NCBI RefSeq assembly: GCF_018350175.1
Contig: NC_058368.1
Coordinates: 42,472,001 to 42,536,000, forward strand
From: Felis catus
Lineage: Eukaryota
Reading direction: 5' to 3'
DNA: 64,000 bases
A program made the position numbers and the translations under genes. The notes under the pieces were generated by a model. The model searched no databases. It was not told the DNA's origin and saw only the letters and a list, made by a program, of their open reading frames with translations. This document shows positions 13,898-28,246 of this stretch, piece after piece; positions within the stretch are counted from its first letter, which is position 1, and each line of letters starts with the position of its first letter.

Positions 13898-14739
13898 CTG
13901 CAGCAACAGAACAAAAAGAGGATCATGCATGAAATACAGCTATTATTTATGAGAGAATGGCTGGTTTTAAAACAAGATAGATGGTTAGTATTCCGTGGAT
14001 ATTCCCCCACCAGATTGTAACAGTTCTGAATGAGGTTAAATTGTGAGCCAAGACTGTCAAAATTTTCTCTTGATATAGCACCAAAATAGCCTGATCAGCC
14101 CAAAAGCTGCTGAGCCTCACTATTAGGAATTGCAGTTACTCTGCAATGTGAAAGATCGGGGATTTGGTCTATTTCATCATTTTTTTTTCCCTCCTAGAGT
14201 TACTGCCTAAAAGAATAAGAATTTCTGCTTGAATGGCTTGATGTGACATTTAACTCTAGTAGTGTAGATGAGGTCATAGTGTTGTTTAATGTACTATATT
14301 AACCCATGTCTCTTGGATCTCAAATCATTTTAGACTGCGGTTCACTTTTAGAAGTGGGTATGCAAACACATTGAGATGATATCCTATACGAAGATTAGCC
14401 TGTGGGCCATCCATTCATTCACCAAATTTTATCAAGCATCTACTATGTGCCAGTGATTTAACTTGCATGGACAATTCAGTAGTGACAAAACAGGTTTTTT
14501 CTTTTTCTTTTATATCTTCTTCCCGATTTTTCCTTATAAGGCTGATATAAAATAACGTACAATTTTGGCAAAAGTCATAAGGAAACCCTAATGATGAGCT
14601 AAGTATCTGAGCTAATAATGTTTATTCATGTCTTTATTTTCAGCTAATAATGTTTAAACTTTTGACAGACTGGCCACTTGTTCTCCTCTAAAAAGGGACA
14701 CTTATCCCTATTTCCTAGGAGGTCTTAAGACTTGGGCAG

Positions 14740-15122
14740 AATTTGCGACAACGTGGATGGAACTAGAAGGTATTGTGCTAAGTGACATAAATCAGTCAGA
14801 GAAAGACAGACATCACATGATTTCATTCATATGTGGAATTTGAGAAACTCAACAGATAAACATAAGAGAAGGAAAGGAAAAATAAGATAAAAAGAGACAG
14901 GGAGACAAACCATAAGAGACTTAAATACAGAGAACAAACTAAGGGTTGCTGGATGGGAGGTGGGTGAGGGGATGGGCTAAGTGGGTGATGGAGATTAAGG
15001 AGGGCACGTATTGGGATGAGCACTGGGTGTCATATGTAAGAGATGAATCACTGGGTTCTATTCCTGAAGCCAAGACTATACTGCATATTAACTAATTAGA
15101 ATTTAAATTAAAAAAAAAAAAG
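14740..15122 (+). mobile_element. L1 3' end (carnivore L1)
   Basis: ORF2 end (tggatggaactaga..atgctaagtga-like), 3'UTR gagcactgggtg, poly-A. Confidence 0.93.
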
Positions 15123-15423
15123 AAGAGTTTGGTAGAGAGTATAATTTTCACTTCATCCAGCAGAAAACAAAGTGTTTTATAATTTGAAGTATATACAGTA
15201 TTAGGTTTCAGAGTGCTTCAGTCGAGAACTAGGCATTCTGAATTCTGTGAGAATGGTTGCATTATTAAATATATGTTTAAAAAATATTACTAAATGGCTT
15301 AAAGACACAATTCTAGCTGTATTTCAATGAAAAGAACACTACAAGGAAGTCAGTGATTGTCATGTAAGTCTCTTACACCTGAATTAATATTTCAAGTCTT
15401 TCTAATCTTAACAATAGAATCAT

Positions 15424-15540
15424 TTTTAAATTTTTTAAAGATTTTAATTTTAAGTAATTTTTAAGTAACCCAACATGGGGCTTGAACTTAAACCCCAAGA
15501 TCAAAGTCATGCTCCACCAACTGAGCCAGACAGATGCCTC
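15424..15540 (-). mobile_element. CanSINE, internally deleted
   Basis: Reverse SINE head; TSD agaatcat. Confidence 0.85.
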
Positions 15541-16402
15541 AGAATCATATTTAATTTGTGGCATGGGAGAATAGTAGCTATAAAATTAGACAATGTAAGT
15601 AGAGAGATGACAGAATTTACTCTCTATAAACGCATATACATAGACACCCTCTGACTTTTTAATGTTTCTTTTGTGTATTCATTGCCTTCATTCAATTTTT
15701 TTTTTACCTAGAAGAGTTTTAAATTTGCTTCAGACTATATTGCCAAAAGAAGGAAGAGTAAAAATCATTAATACTGTGTGCTTTATTTCCTAATATCCAA
15801 TTCCACTCTCAGAGGCAGAATATTATAACAACAAGAAGGAACAATGTGTGTGGAGGATGTATAATTAGAGATTCAAATATCACTTGTCTTCTTTTTCACT
15901 TTAATTGTATACAAGTACAGAAATATAATTGCTTAGTTATATAAATTGCATTTTAATTTGGCTTTTTCTAAGTTTGCTATTTATTTACAAAACCCAAAAT
16001 ATATGACCTCAGTGGTCCTTTCCTCAGTGATGAGATAGCAGTAATTCATCTGAAGAACTTTATGTCTCTTGTGAATGAATCCAAATCAAGTTCCATTCAA
16101 TAAATTTTTATTGAAAAATTTTTTCTGAGCATATAGCGTATCCATGTAATGCACTAGGCCATGAATACACGAAGGATAAGAAAATTTGCATTCTGTCTTT
16201 ATGCAATATAGGGTTTTGTGAAATTTTGTAATTTCTGTTTATAAAAAGTTATATTGTAACAAATAGCCATCTCCTGAAATAGAATTAGACACATGTTATA
16301 AATAAAATTATTCTAAATACACAAGAGAAGCTATTCTTATAAAGAATCTCTTTGGTCAAATAATGAATCCCCTAAAACATAAATATTCTCCCCTACATTT
16401 AT

Positions 16403-16526
16403 CTGCATTTTAACATTATTTTTCTGTCCCTTTTCAAGTGTTCTTGGAGGTCTCAGGGCAAAAACTACTAAGATCATATTTGGTATCACTTCTTTACACA
16501 ATTTGTTCCTAGAGCTTTTAGTATAC
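16403..16526 (-). pseudogene. Possible tail exon remnant (YTKSSRNKLCKEVIPNMILVVFALRPPRTLEKGQKNNVKMQ)
   Basis: Acceptor ctgactgtacttacag, open frame, donor-like CAG|ATaaat. Confidence 0.3.
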
Positions 16527-16824
16527 CTGTAAGTACAGTCAGTCACACCTGTAATTTACTAGCATCCCAAATTCACAGGATTGTCCTTATTTTTCTTAAT
16601 TGCTTCTGGGACCTCTCCCCTAGCTCAAGATAAGATGCTAATTAGTCTGATGAAGTCTTAACATGGTCATTCCAAATCAACTTTGTCCCCCTTAGTATTG
16701 ACCATAACCTCAAACAATTAGAATGGAAAAATTTCAAGAAACCAAAATAGGCACTTACTAAGTATCTGAAAGGATGAATTAAATGATGACTAATGAAGAC
16801 TCCAGGTAGACAAAATGATTTAGG

Positions 16825-16975
16825 GCAGTCCTTCTCAAAGGAATTATTTGGGGGAACTTGTGAAAATACAGACTGTGATTCATTACTGCTGGGGTGGGAG
16901 CTGGTAGTCTGCATTTCAAACATGCTTTCAGGTAATGCTAATATTGTGGTCTCCATCAACACTTTGAATTGGAAG
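16825..16975. mobile_element. MER5-like fossil
   Basis: cagtccttctcaaa...tctgcatttcaaacatgc...acactttgaa. Confidence 0.5.
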
Positions 16976-18326
16976 AATTTGGGGTGCTACTGTAAAATGT
17001 CAATATTGAGTACATGCTTCTTAGCCATAAACACTTGGATTAAACAGCCATTAGAATGAATGATCTTGCATTACACTTAAAAATAATGATGACATTTGTT
17101 TCTTATTTGGTATTTACCATGTGCTTACCACATGGCAGGCATTTTATAAGTTAGGAATTCATAAATCCACTGGAGGGTGAATAAAGAATGTTGTACAACT
17201 TAAAGAGAAAAAATAGTTGTAACTGCATTAACCATTATTAGCTATAAAAGCAAAGTTTGTGTAAAATTACAGTGACGTTTTGAAATGCTGAAGAAGGAAA
17301 ATGAAGAAAATTGTCAAGCTTGATAGAAAAAGAACATATGCTATTACATTGAGGATCTCTTACAATTACAAAAGGCCTGAAACAATCACATTTTAGATGC
17401 TCGTACTTGTTAATTCTTACGAATAACCTGAGAAACGTACTATTTTGTAGGTGAAAAATGGAAATACAGGAAGGTTATATCACTTGGTTTAGATCACACA
17501 GCTAGGAACTGGTAGAACCAGTATTCACATCAAGTAATTCTATAATCTTCTCTGAAATTATTTTTCTTGGCCATTAAAGAGACTGTAGATCTAACAGTGT
17601 GTTATCATTTCTAGAACTTGATTGTACTTTTTCTCAACTCTTGATGTTATATGTGGCAGTGGTTATGAAATGACTCAGTTTTAACTTCTTTCTCCTTTGA
17701 ATCCTTCCTAAAATATTTCACTTTGTTCCTCCTCCAATGAATTTGTAAATTCATAACATGTTTGAACTCAAGTATTAATTTAAATAAATTCTACATCCCT
17801 TTGGTGCAATGAAATTTAAAATCACATATGTTCTTTATTTAAATGACTTAAATATTATAAAAGTACATAAAACTGAAATTCAAAACAAAATCTATGTTTT
17901 ATCTACACAAAAACCCTCATGAAAAATGCAAGAGATGAAGCTAATATGGTGTAGGCTCTGCAAATTTAAATCTACACTGTTCAAAATTACAAAAGCTAAA
18001 GTTTATAAAATTGCAACTACAAATATTATCACGTTTTGTTGAATATGAAGATTGCCATGACTTGTAGGATTTGCTGCCAATGTTGTTCTCTTACTGTTAT
18101 GTACAGATTTTAGCGTACATGCCCAAGAATCTGTGATGGCAGCCAAAACCTTAGAATTTGTTCATATTCACTTTAGTTTGTCATATTTTTAATCTTCCAA
18201 CATTAATCAAATTATCAGAGACAAATGTCCTCCATTTCAATCATCCTAATAAACAGTTTCATAAATAGAATGACTATAGGCTCAAGTTTAGACAGCAGGA
18301 TCGGAGTGCTTTGGAAAACTGCTCCT

Positions 18327-18535
18327 GGGGGTGCCTGGGTGGCTCACTCTGTTAGGCATCGACTTTGGCTTAAGTCATGATCTCATGGTTCATGGTTCGA
18401 ACCCACATCAGGCTCTGTGCTGATAGCTCAGAGCCTGGAGCCTGTTTCTGATTCTGTGTCTCCCCCCCCTCTCTCTGCCCCTCGCTCTCTCTTTCTCTCT
18501 CAAAAATAAATACTTAAAAAAAATTTTAAAAATTT
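18327..18535 (+). mobile_element. CanSINE (felid type)
   Basis: Full body; TSD aaaactgct. Confidence 0.95.
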
Positions 18536-19149
18536 AAAACTGCTTCCTGACTTTTGCCTTGCTAAGGTAGTTAATAATTATGATAGTAAAAAACCAACAG
18601 CTGTATGTGCTCTGTAATTGACAAAACACACATATCATATGACTATTGCATATAAACCAGAGGTGATACTAATACTTCTCTTCACAGATGAGAAAACTGA
18701 GGCTCACTAGCCTAAAGGGAAATACTCTGAATTCAGGGGTTGTGAATCAAAATCCTACTGCTATTTATTATACCATGGTTATCTTTTCTACGTATTAAAA
18801 CTCCTATTTATAACAAATACAAACAGGCACTCAAACATCCTTTCTTTACTTTTATAACCAATACAATTGTGACTTCAGAATCTCCTACAAGGGCTGTGAG
18901 ATCATTGCCTTTGACATCACACACAGCTGATCCTGCTCTACCCTTTGCTGGTTGCTTCATTTGCATAATGAAAATACTAACACTCATATAAACATTAAAC
19001 TTCCAAATCATATGTGAAAATCAGTAGACTATTTAAAACGTTGGCGTGGTTCAAATTGTGATAGACCTTTGCCATTAATATTACCTCAGGTATGTCAGAG
19101 GCACCTTATCTTTTTTTTTTCCTGATATCATTTAGAAAATCAACTATCT

Positions 19150-19375
19150 GGGGGCGCCTGGGTGGCGCAGTCGGTTAAGCGTCCGACTTCAGCCAGGTCA
19201 CAATCTCGCGGTCCGTGAGTTCGAGCCCCACGTCAGGCTCTGGGCTGATGGCTCGGAGCCTGGAGCCTGTTTCTGATTCTGTGTCTCCCTCTCTCTCTGC
19301 CCCTCCCCCGTTCATGCTCGGTCTCTCTCTGTCCCAAAAATAAGTAAAGAAAAACGAAGAAAAAAAAATTAAAAA
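19150..19375 (+). mobile_element. Young SINEC_Fc-type CanSINE
   Basis: CpG-rich near-consensus body; perfect 16-bp TSD agaaaatcaactatct. Confidence 0.97.
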
Positions 19376-19565
19376 AGAAAATCAACTATCTAGTGACTCA
19401 TGAGAAATAAAAATGATCATGTGCTTTCATTCCCAATAAAATGGCTTTATCGATTATTTATTTCATATTGAGTCTTATGCTTTTTCAAATTGTTTTATAA
19501 TTATTTTCTGAGGCTCAATGTAATCCTTTAAATGGAGTATGTTTTACTTATATCTAAAATATAGA

Positions 19566-19780
19566 GGGGTGTCTGGGTAGCTCAGTCGGTTAAGCGTCTG
19601 ACTTTGGCTCAGGTCATGATCTTGAGGTTCATGAGTTTGAGTCCCATAACAGTCTCTATGCTGACAGCTCGGAGCATGGAGCCTGCTTCAGATTCTGTGT
19701 CTCCCTCTCTCTCTCTCCCTCCCCCACTCACATTCTGTTTCTCTCTTAAAAATAAGCATTAAAAAAATTAAAAAAATAAA
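19566..19780 (+). mobile_element. CanSINE (felid type)
   Basis: Full body; TSD taaaatatagag. Confidence 0.95.
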
Positions 19781-20688
19781 ATATAGAGACAAGATTTAAG
19801 ATTTTGGACATAGGTCAAAAACAGTTCCAGAGTTTCTACACCAATAGGATTTGCTGGTCTACACTGAAATTATCAGTTTTAAATAAACTTACTTTTAAGG
19901 TAACAGCACTTTGTCCACTTACTTGGGTGGTTCTGATTTTATGGGATTTAAAAATTTCTTAATATTCACATCCAGGATCTATTCTATTTCTAACTTATAA
20001 AACATACATGGAAAGTGATCCCAGTCTTTTATCACTGGAAAATTTTTATTTGAGGTATTTTGGTTTTGACTCTATGGATGAATAGTACTCAATCTGTAGC
20101 AGAGTCAACACTTCAATAACTGGCCTATTATTAATCTCTTCATTAAACCTGTACCGAATAGTAAAGAAAATGACTCAATAACAATGTACCTGAATGTATG
20201 TATAGCTATTAGAATCCAGGCAAAACCTAAGGGAGAAAAGCAAAAGCCTTATATTTAAGGGCCCATAGAGATTTGGACTACTGCCACTGCCATAACTCTT
20301 TCCACACAGTTTATTCCCCCAACTGAGGAGACAGTTCTAATGCCTAATGCCTCTCCAGCCTTCCTTGATGCTAGCATACCTTGTTTGCTAAAGTTGTCAT
20401 CTCCACAGCACTAAACCACATGATTTCTCCCCTATGTTATTTCATTTTATTTCCCATAAAAAGCACAATGAGAAATATCCTAGGAGCCAGAGCTTTTACT
20501 CTCCAACTGTAATGTTCAGTTTTATAACATCATTAAGTTTCTTACAGAAAAATAATAATGTGGGCAATGTGAATGAGTTTCTCATATTGGCTTCAGCATT
20601 TCTGAGGCCCAACCAGCTATTAGATTCACTTATTGACTAGAATTCCAGCCATTTAGTGATGTAGATTACCAGGCCAATAGGTAAAGCG

Positions 20689-20708
20689 GGGGGGGGGGGG
20701 GGGGGGGG
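20689..20708. repeat. Poly-G tract (~20 G)
   Basis: Read directly. Confidence 0.9.
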
Positions 20709-21904
20709 CTATAGCAACTTCAAAATTAAGTAATCACACAATTCAGTAACACACTAATAAGATTTGAGCTAAGGATGTTTTGACCCCCAAAAGAGAACTG
20801 TTACTTGATACCATCTGAAACCCAAAAGAAGTAGCTATTAGGGAAGTTTAGTTTATACATAAAAAAATAAGATGTGATTAATTTGTCTTTAAAAGAGCAA
20901 AAGTGTCAACTATAATCTCAGGACTCTGAAGCAAACAAAAATACCTCAGAATAATACTTCAGATAAAGCTATGCTAATCACTTCTCTCAACAAAATGATA
21001 TCTTGCTTCTCTTTCCTCATTAGGAGACTAATACATTTATTTAAATACAACAGATTTGTAGGGATTCCAGCCCCTGCAATCAATACTGGTCTGTAGGATG
21101 GCTACACAGTTACAGACACTGGGACCTTCTGAATAGGGCTGTTGGCCATTCAATGACATTACTATCTATTTCCAACATTATTTATGCAATTTATCTCAGT
21201 AAATTTACTTTCTAGTCTGAGGGAAGTTGGAAGATGAGGTGGTAGAAAAGGTACCAGATATGGAATGTGTAGATTTGGTAGGAAAGAGAAAATGGAACAA
21301 GAATTTATTACTCTTCTACTCCAAGGAGTCCTATTGACTACAACATTACTTTGGTTTATATAATTGAAAGTCTTTATACTCCTCTAGTCTTTGGCTGTGA
21401 TTTTAAGTCATAGGAAATACACTCCCTCAAGCAGTTAGAACTTCTGGATATTCAGGAGCAGAACAGGACTTTCCTAAGTAATATCTATAGCAGTGATGGG
21501 CATGATTTCAAATCATGGACTAGTAAGAACTCTTGGTGAAAAAGTATTTCAATCATTGTACTATCTCCTTCTCATTTTTCAGTTTCCCAATCCTGTAACT
21601 TAGCAAATTTTATCACAAAACCTTCTTGTTGGTGACATAATTTCCACTCTCAGCCTAATGGTCAAGGTTTAATACAAGGGGGGAAAGAATGAAACTGACA
21701 TTTATGGAAGGCATTTGATGTGTTTTATACTATAGATATTTTGTAGCATTTAACCCTGATTCCTATTCTAAGAAACCCTAGTTTCTTTACTTTGTAGATG
21801 ATGGAAATAAGTTCATGCAAACTTGCCCAAAGTGACAAGGTACAATAAGAATACCAAGATACAAAGTCATGTCTGGCATTGCTGTGTTGTCTATCAAAAA
21901 GACT

Positions 21905-22075
21905 CAGGTGCACCCACTTGGCTCAGTTAAGCTTCTGACTCTTGATTTTGGCTCAGGTTATCATCTCAAGATTCGTGAGGTCAAGCCCCATGTTGGGTTC
22001 TGCTTGGGATTCTATCTCTCTCCCTTACCACCCCCCCAGATAAATAAATATGAAAAAAGTATTAATAAAAAAGAC
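21905..22075 (+). mobile_element. CanSINE, degenerate and deleted
   Basis: ggctcagttaagcttctgactcttgattttggctcagg, A-rich tail. Confidence 0.85.
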
Positions 22076-22840
22076 CTGACATCTTCTTCGTTTTTGTCTG
22101 TATAAACACACTTAATAAGACAGTCATAAATTTCTGTGTTTTTTTAAATACTGCCAAGCCAGTATTTTGATTCATGATTCCCTTCTATCCAATTCCCAAA
22201 TCTTATGAATTTTCTGAATTTCATTCTTGGGGAAATCCAACCATTTACCATTGCTGCCTTCCAACTAAAAGTAGTCCATTCCCTTCAGGTGTCTTACTGA
22301 TTTGTCTTCTCAGCCCAGAATTTGGCTAAAATCTCAGACTAAAATCAGTAAATAATATTTTAAGAACCAAAAAACAACGCTTAGTTAAAAATCTAGTTGT
22401 CTCCCTCAGCTGATGGGAAAACTAAACATTCGGCCCTCTTTATGACATATATTTTTATTTAAAATCTTAAGAGTTTTTTTTTCCAAAAGACAAATATTCT
22501 CTCAAATTGTTTTGTTCATTTTTTACCACCTTCACTGAAGCATGAATAGCACAGAAGTAGGCATTAGTCTTTGGCTTGTGTGTGATTCAATCGAGTGTTA
22601 CTTGCATTCCAATTACTCAGGCAGCATGGAATACAGCTGTGTCCAAGAAGTATTTCAGAGTTCCTTTAAAAACTCTATATAAGATGGTATAGAATTCACT
22701 TGAATTGCATATGAAGTATTACAGTTTGAATTGGACCCAAGGTGTTTCTTGGTTATTACTTCAAAGTCATGTTTTTTTTAAATTATTACCAAATTCAGAA
22801 AAGATTTTAAATGTGCTGTTTCAAAAAGGTAATATATTTA

Positions 22841-23035
22841 GGGGGCGCCTGGGTGGCTCAGTTGGTTGGGCATCCGACTTCGGCTCAGGTCTTGATCTCA
22901 TGGTCTGTGAGTTCAAGCCCCGCATCGGGCTCTGCACTAAGAGCTCAAAGCCTGGAACCTGCTTCAGATTCTGTGTCTCCCTCTCTCTCTGCCCCTCTCC
23001 GCTCACATAAATAAATAAACATTTAAAAAAGTTTT
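22841..23035 (+). mobile_element. CanSINE (felid type)
   Basis: TSD aaaggtaatatattt. Confidence 0.96.
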
Positions 23036-23394
23036 TAAAGGTAATATATTTGTGTTCCTCAAGGCCAGTCAGAAAGCACAGCTCAGCATGGTGACCTCTC
23101 TATTAAAACAGAAGAGGGTGCATATTTGACTAGAATGAAACATCAGATAAGTCATCAGGGCAGTACATTTTACTAAATTCTACCTTTCTTATTTCATAGT
23201 TACATGACTTTAGAAGCATTATTAGCTTTCTGCTCTTCAGTTCACTTTAATGGGCTCCTCGTTGTAAAGATTAAATAATGTATAAAAGTACCTATCATAC
23301 ATAGTACTTGTCACCTACCAAGTCTTTGTTACCAAAGAAATGATTAGTTCCTTTCCTTGGCTGAGTGAATCTAAAACAAGGTCTCAGACAATAC

Positions 23395-23468
23395 CTTATT
23401 TATCATGAACCGCTGGGCTTGTTATATAACAACACCTGGTCCAAATAACTGCAGTTGGAATCTTTATA
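23395..23468 (-). pseudogene. Possible tail exon remnant (YKDSNCSYLDQVLLYNKPSGS*)
   Basis: Pyrimidine tract plus GAG acceptor, donor AAG|gtattg; weak evidence. Confidence 0.25.
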
Positions 23469-23785
23469 CTCACAAAAAAGCCACAATTAAATAGAAACTA
23501 AATACTGTTTACTAAAAGGCAAAGCTGATTCTCTTACACCAAAGATGAAGCTGTAGTCAAGCCAGTAAGGAAAAGAATGCTAAGTTTTAGAATTATGCAC
23601 TTTATCTTGGTAAAAATAAGCAAGCACATAATAGTCAATGTTTTCTTTTTGCTGAAACATAGTTAATATTTTACAGATAATAATTTTTTTTCTTAAGAAA
23701 CTATAACAGATTTTAATCTATTTGGGGAAAACATTTACTTAACATCTACATAGGAGAACCATTAAAAAGGAAGCAATAAATGATA

Positions 23786-23788
<3 letters not shown>

Positions 23789-23838
<50 letters not shown>
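23789..23838. repeat. (TG)n microsatellite
   Basis: About 25 perfect units. Confidence 0.98.
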
Positions 23839-23841
<3 letters not shown>

Positions 23842-24099
23842 TGTAGGGGAAATGTTTCCTATATTCTATTTTCCTTATCAGTTTCCAGTACTGCTGTCAC
23901 TATTTTAACTAGATTATCATATAGCAACACAACAAAGCCATAACCCATAAATTTCAACCAAATATTTGAAAAACATTCTGTTTCCTAGACTCAGAAGAGT
24001 TTCAGAATTTTCAAAAAGTATTCATTTTATTTAAATCTTGTCTCCGTAGAACATATACCCATTGTATCAACTAAGAGGTATAAAAACTGAATTTATTTT

Positions 24100-24271
24100 T
24101 CTGTAGATAGTTTTTCCCTAGATGGATATAGTTCTCAGCAACACCACAAGACTCCTCAGTAACTCAAGGAACAGGATTCTAATTACATCAGGTTGGCTAA
24201 AAGACCACTTTTTAGATGCTGTTCACATCTCTTTAACTGTTCTCATCAGAGGTTCTCTTTTACACCACTGG
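24100..24271 (-). pseudogene. Possible tail exon remnant (..VTEESCGVAENYIHLGKNYLQ)
   Basis: Acceptor tggttgtccttag and protein-like 3' part, but many stops and no donor found. Confidence 0.3.
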
Positions 24272-24389
24272 CTAAGGACAACCATAGTATATAATAGAAC
24301 AATGATATCTGACATAGTAGTACTGTGGATTTTGTGTTGCCACATTGTTTATGCATCTGTTATCTTTCTCTGTTAATAGTAAGTGCAAA

Positions 24390-24530
24390 AAGTATGTGAA
24401 ACTGGTGTGGGATAGCAATAGCGGGGCAATGCATGTGTGGAAATGGGGGTTATATGGGAACTCTACTTTCTGCTCAATTTTGCTGTGAACCTAAAAAACT
24501 GCTCTAAAAATTGAAGTCTATTTTCAAAAA
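24390..24530 (+). mobile_element. Old L1M 3'UTR fragment
   Basis: ggaactctactttctgctcaattttgctgtgaacctaaaa..ctgctctaaaaa. Confidence 0.7.
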
Positions 24531-24625
24531 CTATGTAAAATTAAAACGATAATTTTCCTGTACCTTGCTTTCATTATCAAATGTGTGACTGGCACAGTTT
24601 TAAAGACTTTAAAAAATGTTCAGTT

Positions 24626-24835
24626 GGGGCTGCCTGGGTGGCAGTCAGTTGAGCATCTGACTCTTGATTTCAGCTCAGGTCATGATCCCAGGGCCTTGGG
24701 ATCAAGCCCTGCATTGGGCTCTGTGCTGACAGCATGGAGCTTGCTTGAGATCCGCTCTCTCAATTTCTCTCTCTCTCCCCCTCTGCCCCTCTGTTTAGCT
24801 CACACACTTTCTCTCTCTAAAATTTTAAAAAAAGA
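24626..24835 (+). mobile_element. CanSINE
   Basis: SINE body, CT tract, A tail. Confidence 0.93.
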
Positions 24836-26949
24836 AAATTTTAATTGAAATACTTTCCAAATATAATTGCAGGTTTGACTACAAGCTATCTTATTAATTT
24901 CTCTTTTCATTTAAGAATTTTACCTGCATTAAAAAATAAATGATCTATATTCTTAGGAGTCAAACAATTTGAAAATAAGTCTATCAAATATAACATGAAG
25001 CATAGCAATAGGATATTTATTTTATAAAAAATACTTTAACTGCTATGCTGTTTATTATTAGAAAAAAAAGGGACTATGTTAGCTAAAATAGTAACTGGGC
25101 TTTTAAGGACAGGAGTTTTGTAAAAAGTTGTTACAATCTGCCATTAAGTGAACTTTCTGCTCTCATAATCATTTGGTCTATAGTTACTCTTTCCAGTAAA
25201 GGAAAAAAAGTAATTTTATTTTTATTTTTATTTTAACATCCTGGAACCCTCCCTAAAGCAAATTTCTAGGGTAAAAAGCATTTATATGCATTCTTGATAT
25301 AAAGAAAAACTACACAACTAGAACTGATAAAAACAAGGAACACAACCAATTGAGAGCTAAACAGTTTACTGTTGTGAGGAAACATTATCAGATAAGGACT
25401 TTAGAGGACTTGTTATAAATGTGCTAAGTAGTTTTTAATTAGCTACTCCAGACAACATCCTTGTGAAATTAAGTGTTATCCACTTTTATGAATAAAAACT
25501 ATTAAAAAAAACTATTGCAGAAGATAAAGTAATTCAAAACCCACTCTTGCAAATTTGGTTAAACACACACAACACACATACACACAATCACATACATACA
25601 AAACACTCACACAACAATTTCTGGTCATGAAAGATATCACTGAAAAAGTAAAAATAGTATTATTGGCAAGATTAAAAACAACGTGGATAGTAACAGCAAC
25701 AAGAACAAGGGACATAGGAGGAAGAAATAACTTTTAAAAAGAACAAATTAAATAGAGCTATAGAATAATGTGCAATACATAAATTAACTTGCAGAATGTC
25801 AAAATATTTATATCATCTCTGGACCATGACATTCTGTAAGCATTCACATCTGTTAAGTAATGAGACTAAGTGATCTTTGAAGCATTGCCCAGCTCTGTAA
25901 TTCTATATATCTAGGAATTAATAATATAATTTTAAAGAATGTTTAAATGCTTAGTAAAAATGCCTATTAAGTGAAATAAAAAAAATCTAGGTATTATTTT
26001 ATTAAAGGTGGGCTTTTTCAAAGTCTCCTAAATGTAATATCTTTTTTTCTTACATCTTCTGATTATAAATAATGAATTTTATTGTGCACAATTATTTTAA
26101 AATTCTTTATCTGTACCCTGTTTCTGATTAAATTTCTTTGGACTAAATTTTCTTCAAACTTTATAGTTTGCGTGGCTACTTTATGCCGAAAGTATTAGGA
26201 AAAATGAATTTAAAAAGAATAATACCAACAAAAGTGACAATGAGATAGAGAAAATTTGTATTCCTACAACCTGATCTTACTTGATGAACTACATTTTTTA
26301 TTGCTGGGTGATAGGAAAGGTTGGTTAAAATATCCATAAACCAATATATCCATAAAAACAATATGGTTTATATCCATAAAACCAATGATAAAGTTAAAAT
26401 GCCAAAAATAAAATAGCAATGAGACAACAGGAGAACTGATTCCTAACTAGAAAGTATGTGATGTTGAGTAGACTAGTTGTTCACTTATTTTTATAAGTGT
26501 GGTATATACTGAATAAATCATGAAACATTTGCCCTAAATAACTGTCATGTCAGTTAATCCTTTGCATACAATGATCTGAAGTTAGGCTAGATTCAGAAAT
26601 CTAGGATTTTACACTAAAATCTGTGGATTCATGTGGTCATTATTCTCTGACTCTAATCCTGAAGTCAACTAAACAACAACAAGGTCAGCAAAGTTTAGAA
26701 TTAACTTACATAAACCTAGAAATGCTGTGAATACAGTAGATGCCATTTATCAGACTTTTTAGAATTTTAGCCTGATGCTCTAGTGTTCCTTTTTTTGGGT
26801 CAGAGGAACGATTATCAAAGAGCTCACTGAATAGTCTGGCTTGACATATCCTAATGCCCATATTCTCTACATTCTTTTATGTATACTACGTGTCAAAAAA
26901 CTAATGTGGCCCACATGAAGCCATCCATTTAAGTCAAAAGTCAGTGGAC

Positions 26950-27119
26950 TTTTTTTTTGGGGGGGAGCATGGGGGAAGGACAGAGGGAGAGAAAGAATCT
27001 TAAGCAGGCCCCATGCACATCAGAGACCGATGTGGGGCTCGATCCCATAATCCTGGGATCATGACCTGAGCCAAAATCAAGAGTTGGATGCTTAACTGAC
27101 AGAGCCACCCAGGCACCCC
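26950..27119 (-). mobile_element. CanSINE
   Basis: TSD aaaagtca(g/a)tggacttt. Confidence 0.95.
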
Positions 27120-28246
27120 AAAAGTCAATGGACTTTTAGGTATCTGTCATTAAATTAAAAATTTAAATGTAAAAATTTTAATGTAAAACTTAAAATAACT
27201 GAGGTAAATATCAATGACTTCCAATAGTAACTTTTTTATTATCTCATCATATATGTAGAGATATATATGTCTAACTTAAGGGAATGTACTATAGTCAATA
27301 AATCTGACATTTGATCCAGAATGTCCTAAATGGAATGATGGAAAGAAATAACTTTTTCTAAATATTCAGAAAGGGAATTTATTGTGTTGTTAAGCACAAT
27401 TCATCCAACTAGACTGCACAGTGGGAAAAGCTAACTCATCTACAATGCATTAGATAAAGCAGAGGCACTCAGGTGAATGGCCCCGTGGAGAACACAACAG
27501 GACTAAGTAGAACTTGATATGAGGGGCTGACACTACAGACTGGATAACATTCATGCTCAGTAGCTGCAAAGGGACAGCGACTGAGGTGTCTCTAAGGATA
27601 ATAACTTAGAAATACCTTTCAACCCTTCATCTAACTTCTTCCTCTAGCAAAGGTTAAAAGTAAGCTTGACACCTTGTTCTATTGCCTGCACTTACCCTCA
27701 GGTAATAAAAGAGACAATGAAATATAATAATGGGTCCCTGTGCTCCATGGCACTGTATAACATCTATTACACATCTCTAGAAGTTCAAACACACTCTTCC
27801 TAGTGATTTTAAATCATTGAACTACATTTAAAAGAAAATAAAAGAAAACATTAGAGTAGATATGTCACTAAGTCTGTGGCTTTTTGCCCTTGCCTCTGAA
27901 GTGGCTGACATCTTCATTAATGCTCCCTCTTCACAGTCCCTAAAGAACATGACATTGCTTAAGTCATTAATGCATTTTAGGTCAGCTAACCTGTAACATA
28001 CTAATTAATTAAATTATAACCTTACTGGCTTCTTTTGATCCTCATTATACAATCAAGAAATAATATACACTTAGTAATAATAAGAATAATAATGAGGTAA
28101 TTTACTGAGTGCTCGGTATGTACCAGGGACTGTTTTATATGCATCATTTAGTTTAATTGAAATGCAAAAATACTTGAAGAGCACAAAATAACTTACCCCT
28201 AAATGTATACATAAAGCACAACCCAGAGAAATATTTCTGTCTTGAA

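Noticed and set aside
27696..27765. Candidate exon ending at the strong donor AGG|gtaagt near 27690-27695
   Set aside because: Weak acceptor and no convincing translation or phase link; left unassigned.
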